The notes: generated by a model not told the origin, from the letters alone. A DNA stretch of 32,000 nt from Parasphingorhabdus sp. DH2-15 (GCF_051668705.1 NZ_CP196351.1:872020-904019); one strand, 5' to 3'; positions 15,441-26,812 are shown, counted from the first letter of the stretch. Translations and numbers: made by a program.

Positions 15441-18275
15441 TTAATGCGCATCCCCCCAACTTGGGCCTGTACCAATATCTATTTCGAGCGGCACGGTGAG
15501 TTTGACCGCAGGCTCTGCCGCATTGGCCATCACCTGACGAATAACAGCTGATGCTGCTTCAACATCGCTTTTGGGCAGTTCAAACACCAATTCATCATGC
15601 ACTTGCAGGAGCATGCGCACCTTTTCTAACCCTGCTTTGGCAAGGGCTTGCGGCATGCGGGTCATGGCCCGCTTAATGATGTCTGCGCTGGTGCCTTGAA
15701 TAGGGGCGTTGATCGCCGCTCTCTCACTGCCCTGACGTTCGGTCTGATTTTTGGCATTTATGCGCGGAAAGTGCGTTTTGCGGCCAAATAATGTTTCGGT
15801 GTAAAGCCGTTCCTTCGCGCTTTGCAAAGTATCAGAGATATAATGGTTGATGCCCGGAAAACGCTCAAAATAACGACTGATCATATCTTGCGCTTCATCG
15901 GCGGAAACTTCCAACCGACCCGCCAATCCCCAACGGGATATGCCATAAAGGATAGCGAAGTTGATAGTTTTGGCGCGGCCCCGTGTGTCGCGATTGACCT
16001 CGCCAAACAGCTCTTGTGCTGTGCGATTATGGATATCTTCGCCATCAGCAAAGGCCTGACGGAGCGTATCGACATCGGCCATATGTGCGGCCAATCGCAG
16101 TTCAATCTGGCTATAATCGGCAGCCAGTATCACATTGCCGGGTTCCGCAACAAAAGCAAACCGGATCTGACGGCCCATTTCTGTGCGAATGGGGATGTTT
16201 TGCAGATTGGGGTCATTGGATGACAACCGCCCAGTCTGTGCGCCGACCAGGCTATAGCTGGTGTGAACACGTCCGGTTTTCGGATTGATATCATTTTGCA
16301 AAGCATCGGTATAAGTGGATTTCAATTTCGACATTTGCCGCCAGTCGAGCACTTTGCGGGCAATATCGTGACCATCCTGCGCCAGCCGTTCGAGCACAGT
16401 GACATCCGTGGAATATTGGCCGGATTTGCCCTTTTTGCCGCCTTTCAGGCCGAGCTTTCCAAACAGAACCTCACCCAATTGTTTCGGGCTGCCAATGGTA
16501 AAAGGCTCCCCGGCAATGGCGTGGATTTCTTTCTCGCGAGTGGCCATGATCTCGGCAAATTCTGCCGAAAGCCCCGCTAGCCGTTCGCGGTCAACTTTAA
16601 TGCCCTCACGCTCCATTTGTGCAAGAGTGGAGAGAACAGGGCGGTCAACCAGTTCATAGACCTTTGTGCCGCCCTCCGCACTAAGCCGCGGTTTCAAAAT
16701 CTGCCATAGGCGCAGCGTCACATCAGCATCTTCCGCCGCATAGCGCGTAGCCTGATCCAGCGGGACTTGACCAAATCCAATCTGGCTTTTGCCGCTGCCC
16801 GTGACGGATTTATAGCTGATGCAGTCATGATCCAAATGCTCTTTGGCTAGCGCATCCATGCCATGACCACCATGGCCGCCCATGGCTTGGCCTGCATCTA
16901 GTGCAAAGCTCATCACCATTGTGTCATCGACAGGAGCTATCAGAATATCGTGCTGCGCCATGATATTAATATCATATTTGATGTTCTGGCCGATTTTCAG
17001 CACAGCATCATCTTCCAACAACGGTTTGAGCAGCGTCAAAGCGTCTTGCATGGCGATTTGTTGAGGCTTTTCATCCAACAGGTCAGTACCACCATGCGCC
17101 AAGGGCACATAACAGGCTTTGCCCGGCGCGGTGGCCAGGCTGAAACCTACCAATTCGGCGCGCATAGGGTCTAGTGAAGTGGTTTCTGTGTCAAAAGCTA
17201 CACTGCCAATAGCGCGCGCTTCATCCACCCATTTTTGCAAGGTTTCTTCATCGGTAATGCAAACATATGCATCTGGGTCGATCGCTGGCTGTTCGGGCGC
17301 GCGCGGGGCATGTGTGCCGGGACCATTATTGTTTTCACCAGATGTATTGGAGCCAGTGCTTTCTGCTCGACCAGATGTTTCTGGCGCATCGGCACCCAAT
17401 TTGCGCAGCAAGCTGGTAAACCCATGCAATGACAGAAATTCAGCCAAAGGCTCGTGCGGAATGTCTTGTAGTTTGAAATCGTCCAGCGCGACGGGCAATG
17501 GGCAATCATCTTTGAGCGTTACCAAAACGCGTGACAGACGTGCATCGTCCGTAAATTCGATAAGGTTCTCGCGCATCTTAGACTTTTTCATGCCCTGAGC
17601 AGCGGCAAGGACGCCATCCAAATCGCCATGTTCCAAGAGCAACTTTGTCGCAGTTTTGGGGCCGATACCTTTAACCCCGGGGATGTTATCCGCGCTATCG
17701 CCCATAAGAGCCAGCATATCGCCGACCAGTTCAGGGCCAACGCCGAACTTTTCAATAACTTCCTGTTTGCCGACACGCACATTCTTCATCGTGTCCAACA
17801 TGTCGATACGGCTATCATCAACAGGTTCAATCAATTGCATCAGGTCTTTGTCAGAGCTGACAATGGTTACCTTCCAACCTTGCTCGACCGCAGCCACAGC
17901 ATAGCTGGCGATCATATCATCCGCTTCGACATTTTCCTCTTCAATAACGGGTAAGGAAAATGCGCGGGTGGCATCGCGTATAAGCGGGAATTGTGGAACC
18001 AGATCATCGGGCGGCGGCGGCCTGTTGGCTTTATATTGATCATAAAGATCGTTGCGAAAGCTCTTTGATGATTTATCGAGAATGACCGCCATATGTGTCG
18101 GGCCATTGGCCTTGTGCAGGTCATCGGCCAATTTCCACAACATGGTTGTATAACCATAAACCGCGCCAACGGGCGTGCCCTCTGGATTGGTTAAAGGCGG
18201 TAACCGGTGATAGGCACGAAAAATATATGCCGAGGCATCGACAAGATAGAGATGATTCTGTTCAGACATGTTCAT
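15441..18275 (-). CDS. polA: DNA polymerase I
   Basis: 944 aa. 5'-nuclease N-terminus; 3'-5' exonuclease motif FDTETTSLD; polymerase motifs ADYSQIELRLAAH, RGRAKTINFAILYG and LLQVHDELVFE. Confidence 0.97.
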   Translation of the reverse strand: MNMSEQNHLYLVDASAYIFRAYHRLPPLTNPEGTPVGAVYGYTTMLWKLADDLHKANGPTHMAVILDKSSKSFRNDLYDQYKANRPPPPDDLVPQFPLIRDATRAFSLPVIEEENVEADDMIASYAVAAVEQGWKVTIVSSDKDLMQLIEPVDDSRIDMLDTMKNVRVGKQEVIEKFGVGPELVGDMLALMGDSADNIPGVKGIGPKTATKLLLEHGDLDGVLAAAQGMKKSKMRENLIEFTDDARLSRVLVTLKDDCPLPVALDDFKLQDIPHEPLAEFLSLHGFTSLLRKLGADAPETSGRAESTGSNTSGENNNGPGTHAPRAPEQPAIDPDAYVCITDEETLQKWVDEARAIGSVAFDTETTSLDPMRAELVGFSLATAPGKACYVPLAHGGTDLLDEKPQQIAMQDALTLLKPLLEDDAVLKIGQNIKYDINIMAQHDILIAPVDDTMVMSFALDAGQAMGGHGGHGMDALAKEHLDHDCISYKSVTGSGKSQIGFGQVPLDQATRYAAEDADVTLRLWQILKPRLSAEGGTKVYELVDRPVLSTLAQMEREGIKVDRERLAGLSAEFAEIMATREKEIHAIAGEPFTIGSPKQLGEVLFGKLGLKGGKKGKSGQYSTDVTVLERLAQDGHDIARKVLDWRQMSKLKSTYTDALQNDINPKTGRVHTSYSLVGAQTGRLSSNDPNLQNIPIRTEMGRQIRFAFVAEPGNVILAADYSQIELRLAAHMADVDTLRQAFADGEDIHNRTAQELFGEVNRDTRGRAKTINFAILYGISRWGLAGRLEVSADEAQDMISRYFERFPGINHYISDTLQSAKERLYTETLFGRKTHFPRINAKNQTERQGSERAAINAPIQGTSADIIKRAMTRMPQALAKAGLEKVRMLLQVHDELVFELPKSDVEAASAVIRQVMANAAEPAVKLTVPLEIDIGTGPSWGDAH

Positions 18276-18320
18276 CTGTTAGCAGGACAATCGCAGCGCG
18301 TCATCGTAACATTGCACATG

Positions 18321-19616
18321 TCATTGGTTGGGTTGCAAGGCCTCTTCTTTTTTCTCATCGCTAGCCGATTGATTGGTTGGCTTCACACTATTTTGATCGC
18401 TTTTGGGCGCATCATAAATCTGATCAAGCGGCGGGAGGCCCCGAAGATCGCGAATTTGATTTTCGCGCAGCAGCAAATAGGCATCGCGTGTATCACCATA
18501 AAGGTCGGCGCTTTCTTCACGCAGACGGTCAATCTCTGCATCATTGTCCAAACGCTGATTAAGCGCAGATACTGTGCCAGCGGTTATAGCAAAAGCCGGT
18601 TTATTGATGGGTGATCCATAAATCGCAGGGACGAGCAATTGGTCAATAGTATTGCCGATAAGATCACGCGGTGTGGTGGATCCGATCAATGGCAAATAAA
18701 GATAGCGACCGGGTTTTACGCCATAATAGCCCAATGTATTGGCAAAGCCATTATAGCGGTAAGGCAGGTTGATGCCTGGCTTGCCGGCAATATCAATCAG
18801 ACCGCCAATACCAAGGGATGAGTTAATAAGAAAACGCCCTGCCGTTTCCAGAGCTTTGCCTGGCTTGAGTTGTAGCAAGTAATTGAGGAAATTGACGGGC
18901 TCACCCAGATTACGCAGGAAATTCTGACTGGCCTGTCTTACTGGACTGGGAATCGTATCGCGGTAAAAGTCTATCGTTGGCTCAATAACGGCCTGATCGA
19001 TTGCTTCTACAACCTCAAAAGTTTCAAGGCTGAATTGCTCAACAGTATCAAGTTCAATGCCGTCGACCACAATGGGTTCGGGCAATGTCTCACTTGTTCC
19101 CGTCTGGTCTACACCATCCTGACCTTGTGGTCGCAGACCGTTTGGACCAATATCAACGATGATTGGCGCCGGCCATTGCGATGTGCTTGCATCGCTGCGT
19201 TGCTGTAGCCAGTTGTTCTCATCATCCAGAGGGACGTCATAGGGCAAGGGAGCAGCATCGCTCTCTCCAGGCGCGGCAGTAGAAGTTGTTTTATCTTCTG
19301 AGCCATATGTGAATGACAATCTCGTATTGGTGATACGGCGATAATCTAGGTCGTGGTTTAGTGCAGTATTGGCTTGCAGCAGGGTTTTGACCGCTGTTGC
19401 TGGTTGCGCAGAAGCGTCTGTAAGAACAATCTCCGCACGGTTGTCGATAGCATCGACCACCGGAAGTGTGTCTATATTGCTGCTCGCCAGTGACAATAAT
19501 AATAATGGTATGTCTGGTGCAAAACTCAAAACTGGCGTCCTTTCGAGATGCCACAGATTATGTGGCATAGGGCTTTGGTAAATATTGGTTATTGCCTTAC
19601 CGCGAATATATAACAT
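18321..19616 (-). CDS. mlaA: MlaA/VacJ-family protein with a long N-terminal extension
   Basis: VacJ core: PVNFLNYLLQLKPGKALETAGRFLINSSLGIGGLIDIAGKPGINLPYRYNGFANTLGYYGVKPGRYLYLPLIGSTTPRD. The start is uncertain (ATG at 19616 or 19568). Confidence 0.8.
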   Translation of the reverse strand: MLYIRGKAITNIYQSPMPHNLWHLERTPVLSFAPDIPLLLLSLASSNIDTLPVVDAIDNRAEIVLTDASAQPATAVKTLLQANTALNHDLDYRRITNTRLSFTYGSEDKTTSTAAPGESDAAPLPYDVPLDDENNWLQQRSDASTSQWPAPIIVDIGPNGLRPQGQDGVDQTGTSETLPEPIVVDGIELDTVEQFSLETFEVVEAIDQAVIEPTIDFYRDTIPSPVRQASQNFLRNLGEPVNFLNYLLQLKPGKALETAGRFLINSSLGIGGLIDIAGKPGINLPYRYNGFANTLGYYGVKPGRYLYLPLIGSTTPRDLIGNTIDQLLVPAIYGSPINKPAFAITAGTVSALNQRLDNDAEIDRLREESADLYGDTRDAYLLLRENQIRDLRGLPPLDQIYDAPKSDQNSVKPTNQSASDEKKEEALQPNQ

Positions 19617-19784
19617 CGCAACGGCTAATCTATCATAAATACATATCGTTACGATAAACGGACGAAGCCAAAGTCTTTATCTGCATGTTGCATCATGTCG
19701 CCCATTTCGCTGGTTGTCTATTTGTAAGTCCATTTAAGCCCTAGGCCATCAAAAAATTAACTTATACGCAAAGGTCTGGCGCTA

Positions 19785-21665
19785 ATGCATGATCTGCAAA
19801 GCTATATTGCAAATAGGTATATGGGGAGTTTTTTGCACAAAGTCGGTGACACTTTGACTGCTATTTGGCGCAAGGGTGAAGTTACTCCCTGGTTCAACCT
19901 ATGGTCGATTATCGGCTTTTCGGCTGTATTGTGCTTCGGGCTTATAGTTTTGTCATTGGGAGCGATGATGAAACCTGATCGATCAGGCCCTGTTTTCAAT
20001 GTTTCTGAAGGGAGCTGTCTGTTCGCAAGCGACAATATCATCTCTGCACAAGATGCAATTGTAAATGAACATTTTTTTCAATGCCATGACGATAACATTC
20101 CGATCAATACGAAGCAATTCTGGTTTAAACTGCCTTTAGTGGAAGCTGGTCTCACCGCAGACGAGTTAAATCTGGAAGGTGATACCGCGCCGATCGATGC
20201 ATTGCATATTGTGCATCACGACAAGGGCGGGAATATAGTCACGCGCACTATTTTGCCCGATGAAATCATGCAGTTCTGGACGGCAGGAACACGTTTTTCG
20301 GTTCCACTCACCAAAGAGGAAGTAAGTTCGGAGACATTATGGCTGGGCGTAGACAAGCCATGGTCACGGCTTGCGGTAAATGATCTTGAGATAATGTCTC
20401 TAGAACAGGCACGTGAAGAGCGTTTTGATAGGACAATATGGTTTGCCATATTTTGTGGCTTGGGCTTTTTGCCGATCATATACAGCATTTCTTTCTTTGT
20501 GGCGCTGCGATATACGTTTATGGGCTGGCACGCACTGATGTCGCTCTGCTTTCTGATCTACACTTTCAGTTCTTCTGGGTTGATCATGCAATTTCTCCCT
20601 CAGATCGCAATGTGGACCAGAACTTTGCTATCATACACAGCATTAAGTACGGCTTCGGCCTTTGCTGGCTATTTTGTGATAAGCTTTCTTGAAAAAGATG
20701 TCGTACCGCACTGGGTGAAACGTTTTATGGCGATGGCAAGCCATTTGTTGATCGCAAATGCTCTTTTTGTGCTGATCGTCGGCCCATATTTACCTTTCAT
20801 TGCCCGCAACATTTATCATCTGGCATTTCTGCCTGCGATAATTTCATTGTTAATCGGCTCGACTTATGCACTGACCAATAAAAGCAAGGTTGTGTGGTTT
20901 TTGATCGGTGGTTGGTCACTGACAGCCATAGTAGCTCTGGACAGAATTTTTCGCGGCATGGATATTTATATATTGCCGCCGGAGCTTGATTTCTCACTAT
21001 TCCCCTGTCTGGTTTTGGAAGTCATCATCACTGCAGGTGGTGTGGCCTATCGGGTGATGTCCATCCGCTATGAACGCGATGAAGCCAGGATGCGCGAGCG
21101 TGAGCTTGCTCGTCAAGCCACTACCGATCTGCTGACCGGACTTGGCAATCGCCGACAGTTTGAAGAGGATTTTGCACATAGCAAAAATGCTGCATTGGCA
21201 TTGCTTGATATTGATAACTTTAAGCAGGTTAATGACAATTTCGGGCATCAAGTTGGTGATGAGGTTCTGCAAAAGCTGGGTGAAGTCTTGCAGTCATTCT
21301 CAGATCAAGATTGGTGCCAAGGTATATATCGTCTTGGCGGTGAGGAATTTGCTGTGCTGCTCTCGCTGCAAAGTGAAGATGCGGCCGCTATTTGCTGCGA
21401 ACAAATACGCGTGAAATGTGAAAAGATAGTAGAGGCGCAGGTTGATGCCCTCTCTCATGCGATCACTATAAGTATAGGCGTAGCTCTAGGTGCTGATACG
21501 GGTAAGCGGGCATTATATCGCAATGCAGATGTAGCGCTGTATCATGCTAAATCTGAAGGGCGGAACTGTGTTGCAATCGCCAATAAGGCATATGGGCGCA
21601 GTGCCAAACCATTTTTGCAGGTCGCCGTTGGCAGAGGGAACGCGCAAGGCAATGTTCCCGCTTGA
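19785..21665 (+). CDS. Diguanylate cyclase with 7TMR-DISM-type sensor (periplasmic domain + 7 TM + GGDEF)
   Basis: 626 aa. An N-terminal TM helix is followed by an extracytoplasmic ~170-aa domain and seven hydrophobic helices. The GGDEF domain contains DLLTGLGNRRQFEED and YRLGGEEFAVLL. Confidence 0.85.
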   Translation: MHDLQSYIANRYMGSFLHKVGDTLTAIWRKGEVTPWFNLWSIIGFSAVLCFGLIVLSLGAMMKPDRSGPVFNVSEGSCLFASDNIISAQDAIVNEHFFQCHDDNIPINTKQFWFKLPLVEAGLTADELNLEGDTAPIDALHIVHHDKGGNIVTRTILPDEIMQFWTAGTRFSVPLTKEEVSSETLWLGVDKPWSRLAVNDLEIMSLEQAREERFDRTIWFAIFCGLGFLPIIYSISFFVALRYTFMGWHALMSLCFLIYTFSSSGLIMQFLPQIAMWTRTLLSYTALSTASAFAGYFVISFLEKDVVPHWVKRFMAMASHLLIANALFVLIVGPYLPFIARNIYHLAFLPAIISLLIGSTYALTNKSKVVWFLIGGWSLTAIVALDRIFRGMDIYILPPELDFSLFPCLVLEVIITAGGVAYRVMSIRYERDEARMRERELARQATTDLLTGLGNRRQFEEDFAHSKNAALALLDIDNFKQVNDNFGHQVGDEVLQKLGEVLQSFSDQDWCQGIYRLGGEEFAVLLSLQSEDAAAICCEQIRVKCEKIVEAQVDALSHAITISIGVALGADTGKRALYRNADVALYHAKSEGRNCVAIANKAYGRSAKPFLQVAVGRGNAQGNVPA

Positions 21666-21807
21666 TGAAGGGGATGTGACGCTCACCTTCCCCGAAGGGT
21701 TGGCAGAGGATAGCCTGCAGGACTTGAGCGCCTATCTTGATATTTTCCTCAAAAAGGAAATTAAGAAATCGAAGGCTCCGAAAGAAAAGGTAGACCCGCT
21801 GTCATAA
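21652..21807 (+). CDS. Possible small protein (51 aa), unknown function
   Basis: MFPLDEGDVTLTFPEGLAEDSLQDLSAYLDIFLKKEIKKSKAPKEKVDPLS. Its ATG overlaps the last 14 nt of the cyclase gene, suggesting coupling. No strong SD and no family recognised. Confidence 0.35.
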   Translation: MFPLDEGDVTLTFPEGLAEDSLQDLSAYLDIFLKKEIKKSKAPKEKVDPLS

Positions 21808-21844
21808 AACAAGATCGTCCAGCCATCGCGCTAGGTTTTCTTTT

Positions 21845-22141
21845 CTAGCTGCGCGCAATTTTATCGCAGCTAGAACAATAATCGAGGCCCGAATTGTCTT
21901 CGTAGGCTGCTTTAATGGCATCGGTGAGGTCGCGTCTGCTCATACGGTCTGGCAGTTTTATTCGGCCAGCGCTTACTCCAGCGTTAGCAAACTTATAGAC
22001 ATCATCTAAGTCAGCAGAGCTTTGGTAATATGTGCCGGGATGGTGTTCGCATTCTTCTATCGCATCAACCTCTATGCACAGAGCAAGGCCCATCTGAAAA
22101 CGATCTTGCTGTTCTTCCATTGCACGTTTTGCGCCGCCCAT
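21845..22141 (-). CDS. Small Cys/His-containing hypothetical protein (98 aa)
   Basis: AAAGGAG lies 9 nt upstream of the ATG. The sequence runs MGGAKRAMEEQQDRFQMGLALCIEVDAIEECEHHPG...LDYCSSCDK, giving C-x9-C-x-HH and a C-terminal C-x2-C. A possible Zn site. Confidence 0.6.
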   Translation of the reverse strand: MGGAKRAMEEQQDRFQMGLALCIEVDAIEECEHHPGTYYQSSADLDDVYKFANAGVSAGRIKLPDRMSRRDLTDAIKAAYEDNSGLDYCSSCDKIARS

Positions 22142-22299
22142 ATTTAATCTCCTTTAATTCAACATATGATCAAAATCGAGATTCGTCTAGTGGGTCAAGC
22201 AAGTATATAAGCCCCTAAAAAATCTCTTTTTTCTGCATAACAGGAACGAATCTACTGTGGTTTACAAATAATCAACCAGATTAAGGCAAAAGCCAATGG

Positions 22300-24591
22300 T
22301 TGAACCAATTTGAGAACATCATGCTAGAGAAACCGATATCGAAAGACAAAGCATCTCCTGTTGATCAGGAATTTGGTAGCTTTTTTAATCGCATGACAGC
22401 ACGTATCAACGCGCAAGGTCAACAAATTGATGAAAACAAACAATGCATGCAAACGGATCAAGCTTTGTTGCTGCTGCAAAGTTATGAAGAGAGCCGGCAG
22501 GGTTGGTTTTGGTCTACCGATGCAGAAGGTAATATTACCTATTTGACCCAATATATTGCTGCAATGCTGGATGTACCAGTATCTGACTTGCTCGGTACGC
22601 CGTTTGTAAATCTGTTTGCAAAATCGCTTGACCATGAAGCAACGCAGAGATCGCTGCCTTTTGTTCTGACAAAGAAAACCAAGTTCGATGAATTGCGTCT
22701 CAAAATGCATGTCGGTGAAGATGTGCGCTGGTGGTCAGTGTCTGGTCAGCCGCAATACTCCAAATTGGGACATTTCACAGGTTTTCGCGGTAATGGTTCT
22801 GATATAACGGCGCAACTTCGTGCATCGCAAGATACCGAGCAATTGGCGCGTTATGATTCACTAACCGGCTTAGCTAACCGCGCGAATATGCAAGAGAAGC
22901 TGGAAAAAACACTTAAGGCCTTTCAGCCGCAGAATCGGCCCTGTGCTGTTGTTCTGCTTGATCTTGACCGGTTCAAACAGGTCAATGATACATTGGGTCA
23001 CCCCGCGGGCGATGCATTGCTTAAACAGGTTGCTCAGCGACTGAAAAAAGCTGTCGGGCAAAGGGGCGAGGCAGGTCGTCTTGGCGGCGATGAATTTCAG
23101 CTTATCATTCCGGATTGTGAAGATCGGGGTGATCTGGGAGAGCTGGCCGAAAGGATTATTTCCAGCATTTCCCAGCCTTACTCCATCGATGGAAGTCGCT
23201 GTATTATTGGTGCTTCGATTGGCGTGGCGATTAGCCCGTTTGATGGAGAAACAACCGAAGATATAATTCGCAATGCCGATCTGGCGCTTTACGCTGCAAA
23301 AGCAGGCGGACGCGGACGGTTTTGTTTCTATTCGAGTGACCTGCATCAATCTGCTGAAGATCGGCGTCAGCTGGAAGAAGATTTGCGTGACGCTTTGGCC
23401 AATGATCAATTGTCACTATTCTATCAGCCTATCGTCGATGGCAACACGAATATTGTTAAAGGGTTTGAAGCGCTTATGCGCTGGAACCACCCTGATAGAG
23501 GGCCTATTTCCCCAGCGGTTTTCATCCCGATTGCGGAGGAGGCCAATCTTATAAATGCGCTTGGTGAATGGGCAATCCATAAAGCATGTACGGAAGCCTC
23601 TGAATGGGGTGGTAAAGTACGGGTAGCAGTGAATGTATCGCCGGTTCAATTTGCTAATGACAGATTGCCGAACATCGTCGCAACAGCATTGGCCAATACT
23701 GGCCTGGCGCCAGATCGGCTGGAGCTGGAAATTACTGAAGGCGTATTTCTGGCTGAATATGATGAAAATGGCGAAATGTTCGAGCAATTGAAAAATCTTG
23801 GCGTTCGCTTGTCTCTTGACGATTTTGGCACCGGCTATTCGTCCATGAGCTATTTGCAAAATGCGCCATTTGATAAGATCAAAATTGATCAAAGCTTTGT
23901 TCGCGGTGCAACTTTAAAAGGGTCACGCAATAGCGCTATTATCGCTGCAATTGTCGCGTTGGCTGAGGCTCTGGGAATGGAAACCACAGCCGAAGGTATA
24001 GAGACTCTCGATGAGCTGGAGATGATCCGAGATCTAAGGGTCAGCCATATTCAAGGTTATGTTTACAGCCCGGCTGTGGCCAATGAGAAATTGCTGCAGA
24101 ATCTTGCCGATGGTGAGTGGATTATTGAGCCTGTTGGGCCTGCGCATCATCGTGAGGATCGTACCTCCATGTTCCGTAAGGTTTTCGCGATTCATCATAA
24201 CCACCGCTATCAAGTGGTCATCCGCAATCTTTCCGCAACGGGTGCGTTGATTGAAGGCTTGCTTGATGTTCCGGTAGGGACTCACTTTGTAATCGATTTT
24301 GGGGATGGCCAATTGGCCGTATCAACTGTTCGGCGTTCAATGGGCGATAAACAGGGTATCGAGTTTGAAGAAAGATTGGTTGATGATGGCAGTGGTGGGC
24401 TGTGTACTGCGCGTCGTGTTTCCCGTTATTTGATTGCAGCGGTCAGTGCTCAAGAGCAACAATCGCAACAATCGCAACAATCGCAAGTTGGCGGGTGGCA
24501 AGTTCAACATGTCATGAATCCGCAAGAAGGTATGATACCTGTATTTAATAGCAGTATCGAAATGTCCCTCAAAAAACGCACTGCCAATTGA
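22300..24591 (+). CDS. PAS-GGDEF-EAL-PilZ multidomain c-di-GMP signalling protein
   Basis: PAS: GWFWSTDAEGNITYLT...WWSVSGQP. GGDEF: SLTGLANR, RLGGDEFQLII. EAL: FEALMRW, VNVSP, ELEITE, LDDFGTGYSS, KIDQSF, AEGIE, QGY. C-terminal PilZ-like: VVIRNLSATGALIEG...GIEFE. The start is TTG at 22300 or ATG at 22321. Confidence 0.88.
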   Translation: MNQFENIMLEKPISKDKASPVDQEFGSFFNRMTARINAQGQQIDENKQCMQTDQALLLLQSYEESRQGWFWSTDAEGNITYLTQYIAAMLDVPVSDLLGTPFVNLFAKSLDHEATQRSLPFVLTKKTKFDELRLKMHVGEDVRWWSVSGQPQYSKLGHFTGFRGNGSDITAQLRASQDTEQLARYDSLTGLANRANMQEKLEKTLKAFQPQNRPCAVVLLDLDRFKQVNDTLGHPAGDALLKQVAQRLKKAVGQRGEAGRLGGDEFQLIIPDCEDRGDLGELAERIISSISQPYSIDGSRCIIGASIGVAISPFDGETTEDIIRNADLALYAAKAGGRGRFCFYSSDLHQSAEDRRQLEEDLRDALANDQLSLFYQPIVDGNTNIVKGFEALMRWNHPDRGPISPAVFIPIAEEANLINALGEWAIHKACTEASEWGGKVRVAVNVSPVQFANDRLPNIVATALANTGLAPDRLELEITEGVFLAEYDENGEMFEQLKNLGVRLSLDDFGTGYSSMSYLQNAPFDKIKIDQSFVRGATLKGSRNSAIIAAIVALAEALGMETTAEGIETLDELEMIRDLRVSHIQGYVYSPAVANEKLLQNLADGEWIIEPVGPAHHREDRTSMFRKVFAIHHNHRYQVVIRNLSATGALIEGLLDVPVGTHFVIDFGDGQLAVSTVRRSMGDKQGIEFEERLVDDGSGGLCTARRVSRYLIAAVSAQEQQSQQSQQSQVGGWQVQHVMNPQEGMIPVFNSSIEMSLKKRTAN
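24457..24483 (+). repeat. Perfect 3 x 9-bp tandem repeat CAACAATCG, encoding (QQS)3
   Basis: Read directly from the sequence. It lies in the C-terminal tail of ORF 22300..24591, after the PilZ-like domain. Confidence 0.9.
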
Positions 24592-24681
24592 AATATACCA
24601 TTACCGGCTATGCGCTGGTAATGTCATTCATCAAAAGTGCATCCTATTATTCGCGTAAGATAATATTTATAAAACCCAAAG

Positions 24682-24716
24682 AAAAAGGCCGGAGAGTTTC
24701 CTCGCCGGCCTTTTCT
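24682..24716. terminator. Bidirectional rho-independent terminator between convergent genes
   Basis: AAAAA-GGCCGGAGAG-TTTC-CTCGCCGGCC-TTTT: a GC-rich stem with one mismatch, an A-run on one side and a T-run on the other. It lies between the 22300..24591 (+) stop and the groEL (-) stop. Confidence 0.8.
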
Positions 24717-24738
24717 ATTTCTTGTTAAGCGGTTGGGT

Positions 24739-26403
<1,665 letters not shown>

Positions 26404-26436
26404 CTAGCAATTTCAGTTAGGGATTATGCTTCAGTC

Positions 26437-26724
26437 TCAGCCGATAATGCCGAGAATGTCGCTTTCTTTCATGATGATCAGGTCTTCGCCGTCAACTTTG
26501 ACTTCGGTACCGGACCATTTGCCGAACAAAATCGTGTCGCCAGCTTTAACGTCCAGCGCTGTGACTTTGCCGTTATCGTCTTTCAGACCATTTCCAACAG
26601 CGACCACTTCGCCTTCTGAAGGCTTTTCTTTGGCGCTGTCCGGGATGATGATCCCGCCTGCGGTTTTTTCTTCGGCTTCGATGCGGCGCACCAGAACCCG
26701 ATCATGCAACGGACGAAATTTCAT
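26437..26724 (-). CDS. groES: Co-chaperonin GroES
   Basis: 95 aa. [14 protein letters not shown]...AGGIIIPD...GEVVAVGNG. Confidence 0.97.
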   Translation of the reverse strand: MKFRPLHDRVLVRRIEAEEKTAGGIIIPDSAKEKPSEGEVVAVGNGLKDDNGKVTALDVKAGDTILFGKWSGTEVKVDGEDLIIMKESDILGIIG

Positions 26725-26776
26725 GCGTTACCCTTTCTACGGTTGGTTATGACAATGTTGTCGTTTGAAATTAGGA

Positions 26777-26803
26777 TTAGCACTCATATCTAATGAGTGC
26801 CAA
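26777..26803 (-). promoter_or_regulatory. CIRCE operator (HrcA site) upstream of groES
   Basis: The minus strand reads TTGGCACTC-N9-GAGTGCTAA, one mismatch to TTAGCACTC-N9-GAGTGCTAA. It starts 53 nt upstream of the groES start codon. Confidence 0.85.
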
Positions 26804-26812
26804 CACAGGCGC

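Noticed and set aside
15822-18614. Numerous 60-160-aa plus-strand ORFs inside polA and mlaA
   Set aside because: They are antisense or alternate-frame shadows within long, clearly conserved minus-strand genes.
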